Shown here piece after piece: positions 29,677 through 40,433 of a DNA stretch of 64,000 bases. Numbering within the stretch: the first letter of the stretch is position 1; every line of letters begins with the position of its first letter. The notes below the pieces were generated by a model. The model had not been told where the DNA came from. It saw nothing but the letters and a program-made list of their open reading frames with translations, and did not search any database. The translations under genes were made by a program, and so were the position numbers. The stretch spans positions 1-64,000 of the IMG/VR virus record IMGVR_UViG_3300044591_002232. One strand, 5' to 3'.

Positions 29677-30876
29677 CTATTGATTTTCTAGACGCTTCAA
29701 CGCAGACGCTAAATGATGTTGGACACCATTTAGACTTACTTCCGCTCCACGTCCGTAATCGACATACTCTGCCGATGTTAATTCTTGACCCGAAAGGTCT
29801 AACCACCCTTTTTTAAGGATGTTGATAGAGGCATTTAAGTCTCTATCGCGATGAGAGCCACAAGAAGGACAAGTCCATTCACGAACACTTAAAGGCATCT
29901 TGTCTTCTTTATGTCCACAGTTAGAACAGGTCTTGGAACTAGGGTAAAACCTATCTATTTTGGTCAAAGTTTTTCCGTACCAGTTACACTTGTACTCCAA
30001 CATAGAAACAAAAGTAGACCAAGAGGCATCACTAATGGATTTTGCAAGTTTGTGGTTCTTTAACATTCCAGAAACATTTAAGTCTTCAACAACAATCAAA
30101 TCAAATGTCTTAACAAGTTCTGTTGAAATATTATGCAAGAAATAATTTCTTGAGTTAGTAATGTTTTCGTGTACTTTAGCAACTTTAATACGTTGTCTAT
30201 TGTAACGATTACTACCTTTCTTTTTACGACTTAAATGTTTCTGTGCTTTTTTAAGTTTAGATTGGTTCTTTCTAAACCATCTTGGGTTATTGATGACTTG
30301 ACCATTTGATAAAGTCATTAGTTCTTTTAAACCCAAATCAATACCTACTACTTTACCAGTAGAGGGTATTGGATTGAGTTCTTGTTGGACTAAAATTGAA
30401 ACAAAATACTTTCCGGTTGGAGTTTTAGAAACAGTAATGCTTCTAAAATCGGCTTCTTCAGGGATATTTCGGTCCAGAACAATTTTGACCCAACCAATTT
30501 TTTCGATCCTTATTGAACATTTTTCTTGATCAAGTTTAAATCTAGTTTTTTCTGGAAGCCTAAATGATTGTCTATTGGTCTTTTTCTTGAATTTCGGCTT
30601 TCCAAGTTTAACCTTCCTTTTTTTGTTAAAGTATTGTTTCTTAAACTCAACAAAATCCATTCTTTTTTGTTGAAGTGTTGATGCCGATACTTCTTTAAGG
30701 AACTCAAACTCCTCTTGGTCTTTTAGTGTTTTTTCATTTACTATGGTACCATCATTATTGTTAAAATTTTCAACTAACTTATTCCAAACAAAACGAACAC
30801 AACCAAAAGTTTTAGCAAATAAAACCTCTTGTTCTTTTGTAGGATAAATCCTATATTTGTATGCTTTTAAATGCAT
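29677..30876 (-). CDS. tnpB: IS200/IS605-type TnpB, no adjacent tnpA
   Basis: KAYKYRIYP, GIDLG, VVEDL, CSNCG/CPSCG, DRDLNASINI; RuvC triad intact. Confidence 0.95.
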   Translation of the reverse strand: MHLKAYKYRIYPTKEQEVLFAKTFGCVRFVWNKLVENFNNNDGTIVNEKTLKDQEEFEFLKEVSASTLQQKRMDFVEFKKQYFNKKRKVKLGKPKFKKKTNRQSFRLPEKTRFKLDQEKCSIRIEKIGWVKIVLDRNIPEEADFRSITVSKTPTGKYFVSILVQQELNPIPSTGKVVGIDLGLKELMTLSNGQVINNPRWFRKNQSKLKKAQKHLSRKKKGSNRYNRQRIKVAKVHENITNSRNYFLHNISTELVKTFDLIVVEDLNVSGMLKNHKLAKSISDASWSTFVSMLEYKCNWYGKTLTKIDRFYPSSKTCSNCGHKEDKMPLSVREWTCPSCGSHRDRDLNASINILKKGWLDLSGQELTSAEYVDYGRGAEVSLNGVQHHLASALKRLENQ

Positions 30877-30882
30877 GTCACT

Positions 30883-30983
30883 TTAATTGGGTCGTTATAT
30901 CTATTTAGTAAATTTTATTTTTAGGGAGAGATTTATTCTCTCCCGCTTGAAAAGAACGACCCAATCAAGCACTTTTATTTAGT
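30883..30983 (-). promoter_or_regulatory. Twin late-promoter boxes and nested hairpins upstream of tnpB
   Basis: ACTAAATA at 30976-30983 and 30902-30909; 14-nt inverted repeat 30883-30896/30955-30968 enclosing a GGGAGAGA/TCTCTCCC hairpin. Confidence 0.7.
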
Positions 30984-31174
30984 AAAGTTTTTATTGGAAA
31001 TTTATTGATTTTATGCATTTTTGTATTTATACCCATATTTTTCTCAAGATGTAAAAAAATTGCCCAGGCATCCGGGGTTTTAGAGACCCTCAAGGACACC
31101 TGATCAACTGGCACAATTACCCATAAACACCCCCACTAATCCCCTAAACTACAATTGCCTTAAACAAAACACCC

Positions 31175-31732
31175 ATGAAAACTTTTGACACCTTTGAGAA
31201 ACTAGATGGAATGCTTCTTTGTAAGAAGAAGCCTATTATTGTCCATTGTATTCAGATTAATGAGCCATTTCGAGTAAATAGCCTGGAAGGCGATTATAAG
31301 CAGGGAAAAGTCGGTGATTATCTAATGCGCGGAATTGACGGTGAACTGTATATTTGCGACAAGGATATTTTTGAGCGGTCTTATGACATTATCGAGGAAG
31401 AACGCTCCCAAGAAGGACTAACTCTTGGTGAACTCATTGATACTTTGAGGTCAATGCCACCAGATACAAAAGTTTCCAATCTTACTTACCCTCACTCTTA
31501 TAGGGGTTATTATACAGACTTGGCCTTTGAAAAAAAGTCTGGTACTCGTCTGGCTTGTGAACTCCTTTTTGAATGTGAATCTGCACTAGAAAGTACATTT
31601 TACGGTTATAGAGGGGGAGAGTATGGAATGAATATGGAAACATCTGTCTGGATTGCAGATTATGGTTCCACCGGGGAAAGGCTTATTGGGCTAGGACCCG
31701 ATGGAACAATTGAAACCAAGTTTCTAAACTAA
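31175..31732 (+). CDS. Two-domain hypothetical protein (N-terminal GDYLxRG phage domain)
   Basis: SLEG...GDYLMRGIDGELYICDKDIFE; paralogue of 54660..54932. Confidence 0.7.
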   Translation: MKTFDTFEKLDGMLLCKKKPIIVHCIQINEPFRVNSLEGDYKQGKVGDYLMRGIDGELYICDKDIFERSYDIIEEERSQEGLTLGELIDTLRSMPPDTKVSNLTYPHSYRGYYTDLAFEKKSGTRLACELLFECESALESTFYGYRGGEYGMNMETSVWIADYGSTGERLIGLGPDGTIETKFLN

Positions 31733-32231
31733 AAACACTACATTAACAAAGGAGATTTTTTTATGTATCAAATCGTTATCGCAACTCCTCTGGGAGAACT
31801 TGGAACCAAACCCTTCTCTGAGGAAGAAAAGTCTAAGGTTGAAACTGAAATTCTTGAAAATCTTTCAATTCTAACTTATGTAAGTTTTGTACTTGAAGAC
31901 GGCCAAGACCTCTATATGACAAAGGATATGATTGGTCGGAGTGTCTTTTTCCTCAAAAAATTGTCGTGATTTTTGAATACTCAAATTCTTGGAATTCTCC
32001 GAGATTTTGGCTTTCACCAAATATTGGAGATGTTGTTGGGCAATTGTCTCTTTCTCATGGACTTGCCCTTGTAGAATATTCTCAAGAACTTTCTTGGACT
32101 CGTTCTATTGGTTCTTTTCTTGTCAGCGGAGACTTTAATGATGTTAGAGTCTTTGGGGAACGACTTGAAAAAGACTATTCAAAGTATTTAACTCTTACTC
32201 ACACTGACTGGATTTATTACCAAAACCTATT

Positions 32232-32966
32232 ATGATTATCGAAACTCTTCTTTCTCTGGCAATTTCTCACGCTGTTCCCCAACTTCCATCTCCTGTAATT
32301 TTTCAGGCCCTGACTCCTCCTGCTTATGCAAAGAGTTTTGGTGCGAGTAGTTCATCTTCTTTCCGTTCATCTTCTTCTTTTAGTTCTGGCTCGTCTTTTC
32401 GGTCTACTTCTTCTTTCCGGCCCAGTTCTAGTCCGTCATTTAGTTCCCCTAGGATTTCTACACCGGCTCCTGCGCCTAGGATTTCATCACCAGCACCCGT
32501 GAGGATTTCTACACCACCTCCTGCACCCAAGATTTCCGCTCCTCCTAAAGTATCTTCTTCGGCTCCTGCGAATAATATTGTTCGTATCAATAAGCAAACG
32601 ACTTCTGCACCAAAGACAGTCTCTGCACCTCCAGTAAAGAACACTATTTCTGCACCAAAAACTACTCCTACTTCCCCGGCTCCTGTGGTGACGCGAGAGA
32701 CTTATGTGGAGCGTTATAATGATTCTGGAATTATGGGGAATCCTTGGTTCTGGATGTACATGTTTGATAACAACCGACAATCTGCCCCTGTCCAACAACA
32801 GGTTCCGACTCAGGTGATTGTTAAAGATTCCGAAGGAGAATCTGTAAAAATTCCTGAAAATCAGATGATTGTTCGTAAATATAGTCACAATCCTCTCCGA
32901 GAGTTTGCAGTATTCTCTCTTGGTGGTGGACTTGGTGTTCTTCTTGGTCGTCGTCTTAGTCTTTGA
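32232..32966 (+). CDS. Secreted or membrane Ser/Pro-rich low-complexity protein
   Basis: Hydrophobic N-terminus ending AYA, SSF/PAP-rich linker, C-terminal TM segment. Confidence 0.7.
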   Translation: MIIETLLSLAISHAVPQLPSPVIFQALTPPAYAKSFGASSSSSFRSSSSFSSGSSFRSTSSFRPSSSPSFSSPRISTPAPAPRISSPAPVRISTPPPAPKISAPPKVSSSAPANNIVRINKQTTSAPKTVSAPPVKNTISAPKTTPTSPAPVVTRETYVERYNDSGIMGNPWFWMYMFDNNRQSAPVQQQVPTQVIVKDSEGESVKIPENQMIVRKYSHNPLREFAVFSLGGGLGVLLGRRLSL

Positions 32967-32976
32967 GGATTGAAAA

Positions 32977-33234
32977 ATGAACAACGATGATTCTTTTACA
33001 GGCGGCGTGCTTCTTATTGTATTTTTGGGGCTTGTTTTTGGATTGGGGTTTGGTTTGGGGGGTGTCGTTGGTGAATATGTTGGTCAAAAAGAAACCGCAA
33101 TACTCACCGTAAACGGACTCAACCGAATTAAAGAACAATTGCCGACCGGAACCAAAATCACCAATCCATTTGGAGACGAAGACCTGAAAAGTCTTAGTTA
33201 TGATGCTCAAAAAATCTTGAGGCTTTTTAACTGA
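32977..33234 (+). CDS. Small membrane protein
   Basis: Gly-rich TM segment. Confidence 0.65.
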   Translation: MNNDDSFTGGVLLIVFLGLVFGLGFGLGGVVGEYVGQKETAILTVNGLNRIKEQLPTGTKITNPFGDEDLKSLSYDAQKILRLFN

Positions 33235-34037
33235 GACACCTAATCAACTGTCCACTCTGCCTTGTGGTGGAGTGGATTTTGCCTTATGATACACTCATAA
33301 ACACAGGAGACCTTATGGAAACACTTTGGGACACAATACATAGAGACCTTACGAGAATGGGGGCTCTCTCTGAATATAAAGTTGATAGTATAGAACTTGC
33401 AAACCATTTAGAACAACTTTATGATAATATTGAAGAACTTAAAATTCAAATTTCTCAACTAAAAGAAGAACTTAAAAGTGAAATCCGTCAATTGAAAGAT
33501 GAATGAAATGAAAATGCTTAAAGAAGCACAAGCAGTTGCAGATGCTATTGAAGAAGTGAGATTTGACTGGGGTAATATGGAACAATCTCATCCTCACATT
33601 ATTGCCGTTGCTGCTCTTCGTAAAGTTGTAGAAGAACTCAAGTATATTGGTATTACTGAAAAGAACATTCTTGAAATTGCGAATACACTGGAGGAGTTGA
33701 AATGATTGACGTTTCACAGCTGACTGAAGAGCAACTTAACGAACTTGAACTTCAAATTCAAAAACATAAAGAACAGCAAAAAATAAATAATGCTTTAGAA
33801 AATTTAAAAGGTTATAAAGTAACTTTTTATGTGAGGTTTGACCCTGAAAAGCATAAGAATGATATGCTTACGAGTGATGGAGAACTTGATACGGGATTTT
33901 TTACTGATTACCTGTGTGATAATGTCGTTACAGACCTGATTGAAGATTTTCAATTGTATGATTACGAGGACGTCAGTTATCCTAATGTGGAGATGGCAAC
34001 AAAACAAGAAATTGAAGAGAAATTTTGAGGAACTGAA

Positions 34038-34379
34038 GTGACCTACATTATCTTAAGAGACACTCTTGGTGCGGGATTAACTACCTTTGAGTCCACAAAA
34101 TTAGAAGTTTTTAGCGAACAAAGCCTTCCAGAAGCGGTTGTAGCAGCTGGCCAAGAACTTATGGACAACGCCGGAATTGATACTGTTAACGAATACGAAG
34201 AAGAACTAGGTAGACATCTTGCGATTTCTGATGAGATTGTTATTTGCGAAATCATCGATGAGGTTGATAAAATGTCCGCCGATGTTTATATCAGGCATCA
34301 CATTGTAGAGGCCAAAATTAAACAGTCTACTGATGAGTATGGACTTTACCTAAAACTTAAAAAGAAATTTGAAAAATGA
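34038..34379 (+). CDS. Hypothetical protein
   Basis: GAGG RBS, GTG start. Confidence 0.65.
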   Translation: MTYIILRDTLGAGLTTFESTKLEVFSEQSLPEAVVAAGQELMDNAGIDTVNEYEEELGRHLAISDEIVICEIIDEVDKMSADVYIRHHIVEAKIKQSTDEYGLYLKLKKKFEK

Positions 34380-34935
34380 AACTCTACCGATACAAGAAAG
34401 ATGGACATCTTTACAAACTTTATGAACAAAAGATTCCCTATTATAGTCTTATAGCAGTTCCTTATTTTCCAAATCAAGGAATTCTTGCTAAAAGTAAAAG
34501 ATCTATTGTTATAAACGATTTTGAGGTGGTTGCTGAACGATGACTAAACTAACCTATGAAGAATGGAGTAAAGAAAATCCTATTGATTGGGAAAAAATTT
34601 ATGAGACTGGAAATGAAGACTCTCTAATCAGCAAAGACTTTGTAGAAATGGCACATCATTGGGAATATAAAAATTATTGTAAGGAAAATGACTAAATTCA
34701 TTATTGACGTTTCCCTTGACGGATATGACACCGAAGAAGAAATGCTTGAACATTGTGATGAATCTGCAGTAGAAGAAGCATTGAGCGATTATGGGTTTAT
34801 GGTCAATTATGTGAGGTGGACCGAAGAATGAAACTGTTTGAAAGTCATTGGAGGACACTTGACTAACTGACACAAGGGCGCTTCACTGGTGCCCTTTTTG
34901 GCCTATAATACTCTCATACACACAGGAGACTTTTT

Positions 34936-35319
34936 ATGAAACCCTTTGATTATTACTCTAGGCCCCAAACTCTTTATCCCAATAAAAAGGATTACATCAC
35001 AGTTTATGTGTATGATAAAGGTCTTTGTGTTCACGAAGGCGATTATTACACAAAGAGTATTCTAAAAGAAAAATACCCTAACGCGGTCATTCAGGAAGTT
35101 CTTAATGTAGATGGGTATAATGCACATTTAAAGCAATATGGCGAAGAAACTCATAAACTTCATGATGAGTTTATCAACGACCTCTTTGAGAATTTCAATG
35201 TGACTGATAATCCCAAAAGACACAAGGTATTTGAACTTGCCTGGGAACAGGGTCACGCTTATGGTTTTGAAGAGGTTTATAATAAATTTTATGACCTAGT
35301 GGACCTTATTAAGGATTGA
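34936..35319 (+). CDS. Hypothetical protein, paralogue of 44134..44526
   Basis: MKPFDYY...YNAHLKQY...AWE shared with MKPLAYY...YNAHLKHY...AWE. Confidence 0.75.
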   Translation: MKPFDYYSRPQTLYPNKKDYITVYVYDKGLCVHEGDYYTKSILKEKYPNAVIQEVLNVDGYNAHLKQYGEETHKLHDEFINDLFENFNVTDNPKRHKVFELAWEQGHAYGFEEVYNKFYDLVDLIKD

Positions 35320-35739
35320 GGAGACTTTTTATGAAAACCACAATCACTAAAGAACAACTTGAACGACTTTGGACTGCAATCGAATACACACGAGGAACGA
35401 TTGGTCCTGGATGTGTCCTTGAAAGCACAGAGAAACCTGAATGGGGAATTGTACTTCATACAGCACGGGCACATTCTTCTAGGAGGTTTCTAGACCAAGC
35501 AATTGAACTTGTAAATCAACTGAAAAAGGAGTGCAAATGAAAATTGTAATTAACTATCACCCACAACTAGATGAGTATCATTCAAAAATTTGGGATGGGC
35601 CTGATGGAATTTATGAAGAAAGTTTTGTTTGTCGTTCTCTTGGAGAACTATTTGAACAAATTATAATGTGGAGAACACTTATTGGACAACAATACAAATA
35701 ACTAATCTTAAACATTAAAAACCAACACACTTAATTATC

Positions 35740-36276
35740 ATGGGCTGTTTTTCTGCTTCTTGTTGCATCACTCGTACTGAAATCAGTGCTGGCGAACCAG
35801 TTTTCGTTGCTTTCGTAAAACCAACATATAGATCTGGAGGTATCAAAAAATTTACTACAAGTTCTATTCTAAGTCTGTCTCACTTTAATGAACTCCAATG
35901 GACTGCCAATCAATCTTGCGGAGAATTTGTTTATATCTCCGTCGAGGATTATGATGATTATGGATGTGTTAATTCTCATGTAGAAGAACAGATTGACCCT
36001 TATGGAATTTGGTGGGATTTCCAATTCATTGCTCATAAGTCTGTTTGTGAGACTCTTTTGGGTAGAGAGCTAGGTGAGGGGATTCAACTTGAGAAAGATT
36101 TTTTTGAGCTGCTTCATATGTGCCATATGGCAAGAATTGAGGTTTATCACGATTTACTCGGACCCCAACATTTGATGACACGCGAATTAGAACTTCAGGA
36201 ACTTGTTCATAAAGAAACCGGAAGAATTTTAGAGATTAAGAAACAACAATTAGAGGAATTTGAAAATGACTTTTGA
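35740..36276 (+). CDS. Hypothetical protein (MGCF.. family, related N-terminus to 58257..59150)
   Basis: MGCFSASCCIT vs MGCWNKTCGVS starts. Confidence 0.7.
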   Translation: MGCFSASCCITRTEISAGEPVFVAFVKPTYRSGGIKKFTTSSILSLSHFNELQWTANQSCGEFVYISVEDYDDYGCVNSHVEEQIDPYGIWWDFQFIAHKSVCETLLGRELGEGIQLEKDFFELLHMCHMARIEVYHDLLGPQHLMTRELELQELVHKETGRILEIKKQQLEEFENDF

Positions 36277-36949
36277 TAACGAAATTGAAAAAACAGAAGG
36301 AGAAATCAAAGTTCTTCAAGCAAAACTAGAACTTCTCAAAGAAATGGAGAATCACAAATCACCAGTAGAAGAGGCATATAAAAATGCTTATGGTAATTAC
36401 CCTATGGGCGAACCTTTTTGGGTTGTTTTTAAAAAGGGCTATGAGGCCCATCAATCATTGCCAGAAAGTAATGATTGGAAAACAGTAGCACTCAATTTTG
36501 GAGAATTACTTTCTAGTGTCGGACCTAACGGGTATTATAATATGACGGCTGACCAGTGGTTAGAATGGGCCAAAAATACATATACTTCTAATGAAGTAGG
36601 AGAATATGAACTAAAAGAAGAATCCCCTCCACCAGAATCAACTCCAAATAAGTACTTCCAACGGATACTTAATGCACCTATTGATGAAAGAGGTTATATA
36701 GATTTGAGAGGACCTACAAGTGAGTTTCGTCAAAAACTCTTTGAAGGAATTAAATCAGTCTTTTATAACCCAGAGTACGAGAGAACCCATTGGAGTGTAA
36801 AAGTCAATATGGCAGTTGATGAGGTTTTTACTCATTTTCAGGATGTTATTCCAGCATCACAAGACCCGATTTATGATGCTTTTGACAAGGGATGGAACTG
36901 TTGTTTATCGAGTATTAAAATCTGTATGGAGAAGGAGAAATTAGAGTAG
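36260..36949 (+). CDS. Hypothetical mosaic protein
   Basis: 229-aa ORF with an N-terminal coiled coil. Confidence 0.7.
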   Translation: MKMTFDNEIEKTEGEIKVLQAKLELLKEMENHKSPVEEAYKNAYGNYPMGEPFWVVFKKGYEAHQSLPESNDWKTVALNFGELLSSVGPNGYYNMTADQWLEWAKNTYTSNEVGEYELKEESPPPESTPNKYFQRILNAPIDERGYIDLRGPTSEFRQKLFEGIKSVFYNPEYERTHWSVKVNMAVDEVFTHFQDVIPASQDPIYDAFDKGWNCCLSSIKICMEKEKLE

Positions 36950-37813
36950 ACACTTTGTTAAGTGTCATAATGCACACAACGCCTTGTGATTTAACGCCCT
37001 ATACTCAATAAGTATCAACGCAAAATTACTCATGAGCATGAACCTCGCCTTGACCGACAAAGATAGTGGTCTTGATATTGACCTTTGGCAAACGCCAACT
37101 TTTATCACTTGGATGTGTCTGTCCTATAATCCCGAAACAAAACACCCAGACGGGGGACATGATGGAGTTCGTCGTAGGTATGTGGAATGGGTGAAATCTC
37201 ATACAAATGGTAAATGGGATTCTCCAGAAGATTTAGAATATATGACAGAAAGAATCAATGAACATTTGTCTACACTTCAAAAAGTAAAAAATCCTGAATT
37301 CTCCTTTATTTAAAATGACCGAACAAGAACAAGACGAGCGATTTAAAGAATGCCTAAGTATCATTGACCAATGGGCCGAGAGAAATAAACCACCGACACT
37401 CTGGGAGATTATACGAAATGATTTGGGTTATAGTATTGACCTAACAGACGAAATTATAGATGCCGTGGAGAGGTGGCTACCAAAAGAACACGATACGAAC
37501 GGTTATGGTTGGAATAGTTGTATTAAAATGTTGAGGAACAAATTACAATGACACAAATTCCAAGCGACTTCCACACATATTCTCCCAAACAAAGAGAACA
37601 ATTTTGGCTTAAATCTTACGAAGAACAACAAAAAATAATCAACGATTCATATATTTCAATGATTGTTGATGAGGCCGGAAACCTGGATAAGTACAAAATT
37701 ATTGAGGTTATCCTAGACCTACAAGACAAAATAGAAGATTTAGAAAACACTTGCCAACGAACTGATTCGTACTATGATTAATCTAAATAGTCAGAACTCC
37801 TGCTTTAGGAATT

Positions 37814-38716
37814 ATGGCTATCACCATAAAAGGTAAAAATTTCTACAAAGACGGAAAGAAAATTCGCCTTGCTGGTAATCATACCTGGAACACTGTTCAG
37901 ACAATTGGTGGTGAAAAAATAGGAATTGATAAGATAACCGGGAACTTCACAAGACTCTGGACAGTAGAAACAAAAGGAGCAAACTTTTCTCAATCACAAT
38001 GGGGTAGTAATACTCCCGGTATTGTAAGAATCAAAAACGGTCCCTGGAAGAAAGACGGTTCTCTAAACAAGAATTTTTATAAAAATCTAGAAGATGCCGT
38101 AAAAAGAGCCGAAAAAAGAGACATTGTAACCGGAGTCGTTCTTTTTGAAGGTTCTATTCCTGATATTTTTCCCCTAGCCTGGGAGAATCATCCATTCAAT
38201 GGTCTAGGACCAAAGGCACACGAACTTGTTCATACAAAGGGTCCTTGGAATAAGTTTCAAAGAGCCCACGTTAAGACAGTCGTAGAAATACTAGAACCTT
38301 ATGATAATGTAATTTATGAGGTTGGTAATGAGTTAATGTCCAACTCAACTGGTTGGTTTCAAAAGCAGGTTGTAAAATGGATTAACAAGTGGACGAATAA
38401 ACCAGTTGGCGTTTCTTATGCTCGGGGGATTAGAGCATCTAGTGGTAGAGATGAATCAGTATGGATGAAAAATACAGGAGCAGATTGGTTTGGTCCGACT
38501 TTTACTGCCCTAAGTAAAGGACAATTCTCTAAGAGTAATAAGCCAATTATATTTGATACGGACCACTCTTGGCCTCTTCGGTCTAATGTTTCTGGTCTGC
38601 AGAGCGCCTGGAGCCGAGGGTACAACCTCTTGCTAATGGACGGGTTTAATGGTACAATGTTGAGGAATCAGCAGAGCCTCGTTCCTGATAGGAATTTTAT
38701 AAACAATATTGTGTGA
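37814..38716 (+). CDS. Glycoside-hydrolase-like TIM-barrel protein (clan GH-A-like)
   Basis: VIYEVGNE acid/base-type motif, IIFDTDH; TCTAAATA late-like box at 37782-37789. Confidence 0.6.
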   Translation: MAITIKGKNFYKDGKKIRLAGNHTWNTVQTIGGEKIGIDKITGNFTRLWTVETKGANFSQSQWGSNTPGIVRIKNGPWKKDGSLNKNFYKNLEDAVKRAEKRDIVTGVVLFEGSIPDIFPLAWENHPFNGLGPKAHELVHTKGPWNKFQRAHVKTVVEILEPYDNVIYEVGNELMSNSTGWFQKQVVKWINKWTNKPVGVSYARGIRASSGRDESVWMKNTGADWFGPTFTALSKGQFSKSNKPIIFDTDHSWPLRSNVSGLQSAWSRGYNLLLMDGFNGTMLRNQQSLVPDRNFINNIV

Positions 38717-38818
38717 TGTATTTTCTTTATCCGATTTTTCTTTTTTGGATTTGCCTTGAATTAGTCCAAATTTCTTGGCTATTGTTTTTTCTTATGCTGC
38801 CTTTTATTGTAAGTATTC

Positions 38819-39592
38819 TTGACCACATTCAACCCTTTTGATATGATTAACTTATTAAACAAAATTCTTCATTTTTCAGAATCAATTAAATGTTCTAATG
38901 ACCCAATTTATTTTATTAACAATTATGTGAAATTTTCTTCGCTTAAAGAAGATAATGCGCCTTTTCTTCTTTATCCCGCCCAAGAAGAAATTGTCAAAAA
39001 AATTCATAAAAACAAATACAATCTTATAAAGGCCCCAAGACAATTTGGCAAATCATCGGTTCCATTATTCTATCTTTTACATCAGGCAATTTTTAAATCT
39101 AATTGCAATATTGTGATTAGTAGTTTTAGTTATCAAAATTCAAAATATTTACTTGAACGATTCTATAATACATATGAACAGTTACCCGATTGGATTAAAC
39201 CCGGAATAGTAAAAAGAACCTCAATGTGGATAATACTTAAAAATAATTCTAGGGTAAAAATAGTAACAAATATTTCTGCCCCTGAAACTTGGGAGAATTG
39301 GGAATACACTCACGCATTCTTAGATGAGTTTGCTTTTATGGAATATTATACTTCTGAGAATTTATTGGGCTCTTTCTTTCATCGTAATAGCTCTCCTAAA
39401 ATAATCATCGCAAGTACCAAAAAAGAAGGTAGTTATTTTAATGAGCTGGTTGAATATGCAAAGGATGGTATAAACAAATATTCATTATCAGAATATGATT
39501 GGAGAAATATTCCTAGGCTAGATATTAATTGGAAGGAAGAAGTGATTAAAAACATTGGTGAAGATGCCTTTAAACGTGAATACGAATTATGA
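38819..39592 (+). CDS. T4 gp17-like terminase large-subunit ATPase domain only (no nuclease)
   Basis: DPIYFINNYVK, PRQFGKS Walker A, FLDEFAF Walker B, ASTK, ends FKREYE. Possible start at ATG 38843. Confidence 0.8.
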   Translation: MTTFNPFDMINLLNKILHFSESIKCSNDPIYFINNYVKFSSLKEDNAPFLLYPAQEEIVKKIHKNKYNLIKAPRQFGKSSVPLFYLLHQAIFKSNCNIVISSFSYQNSKYLLERFYNTYEQLPDWIKPGIVKRTSMWIILKNNSRVKIVTNISAPETWENWEYTHAFLDEFAFMEYYTSENLLGSFFHRNSSPKIIIASTKKEGSYFNELVEYAKDGINKYSLSEYDWRNIPRLDINWKEEVIKNIGEDAFKREYEL

Positions 39593-39978
39593 TTAACTTT
39601 TTTAAATCTTTATGGGAAGATTTCATTATCTCCCGCTACGTCTCTGTTGGACTTCAATGGGGTGATGCAGAATCTTATTCGTTTATGGGTGAATGTGTTG
39701 GATACAACTCTCTTTGTAAGTCCCTAGAAAGACTAGAAACTCAATACGCAAAATTGGGCTATAAGGTAGTTGACCGAGAAACGTGGGTTCTTGCTGGTGG
39801 TTATGGCGAAGAATATGAATCAAAACTTAGAATTAAAGTCTACAAACCAAAAATAGTCATAAGAGATTCTGGTGCATCCGAATGGGTAAACAGTGCCGAA
39901 TATTTCTTAAGTGAAGAGGGCCAAGAGTTTTTAAAGAAAAGTAGTGAATTTGCCAAACGTTACATTGAGAAAAAATGA
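39589..39978 (+). CDS. Hypothetical protein
   Basis: ATGA-coupled ORF. Confidence 0.7.
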   Translation: MINFFKSLWEDFIISRYVSVGLQWGDAESYSFMGECVGYNSLCKSLERLETQYAKLGYKVVDRETWVLAGGYGEEYESKLRIKVYKPKIVIRDSGASEWVNSAEYFLSEEGQEFLKKSSEFAKRYIEKK

Positions 39979-40433
39979 CTGAATATTCCTGGTTAGAACC
40001 AATTCAAAGAGAAACCGAACGGATTAAAGAAGAAACCGAACGCATTAAAAAAGAGACCGAACGCCTTAGAGAGGAAAATAAAAAATTGTCTAAAATAAAT
40101 GTCAAAGAACAATTTGGACATATTCCAGATGGATTTTTTCTTGGTGAAGAATCTCAAAAAAACTACTACAACTATCGTATAATTGATTACACAGCGTCTG
40201 GCGAAGGGCGGACTATTTTTCTACAAATCTATCGCAATGATTCAAACGATTATTATGAAAAACGATGGCGACAATTTGTTGGTCAAGAATTCTATCTACC
40301 AGGAACCGAAGAACTTTCTGAAAGAGAGTTCCTGGACAAATATTCTAGATTTCTACCAAATGTCGTTGCCCATAAACTCCGAGATAGAAGTCTGACTATC
40401 TGGGAAACACAAGTACACTTTAACTACGGATAA
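39975..40433 (+). CDS. Hypothetical protein with heptad ETER repeats
   Basis: ETERIKE-ETERIKK-ETERLRE. Confidence 0.7.
   Translation: MTEYSWLEPIQRETERIKEETERIKKETERLREENKKLSKINVKEQFGHIPDGFFLGEESQKNYYNYRIIDYTASGEGRTIFLQIYRNDSNDYYEKRWRQFVGQEFYLPGTEELSEREFLDKYSRFLPNVVAHKLRDRSLTIWETQVHFNYG

Noticed and set aside
26387-30990. Y1 (HUH) tnpA partner for the two IS605-type tnpB genes
   Set aside because: No HUH/Y1 ORF adjacent; the only transposase is the IS607 serine recombinase.
32324-32984. Antisense ORFs 32324..32644 and 32487..32984
   Set aside because: Shadows of the low-complexity + strand gene.
38819-39978. Terminase split by an intron, intein or frameshift into 39589..39978
   Set aside because: The downstream ORF has no RNase H-like acidic motifs and is normally ATGA-coupled.
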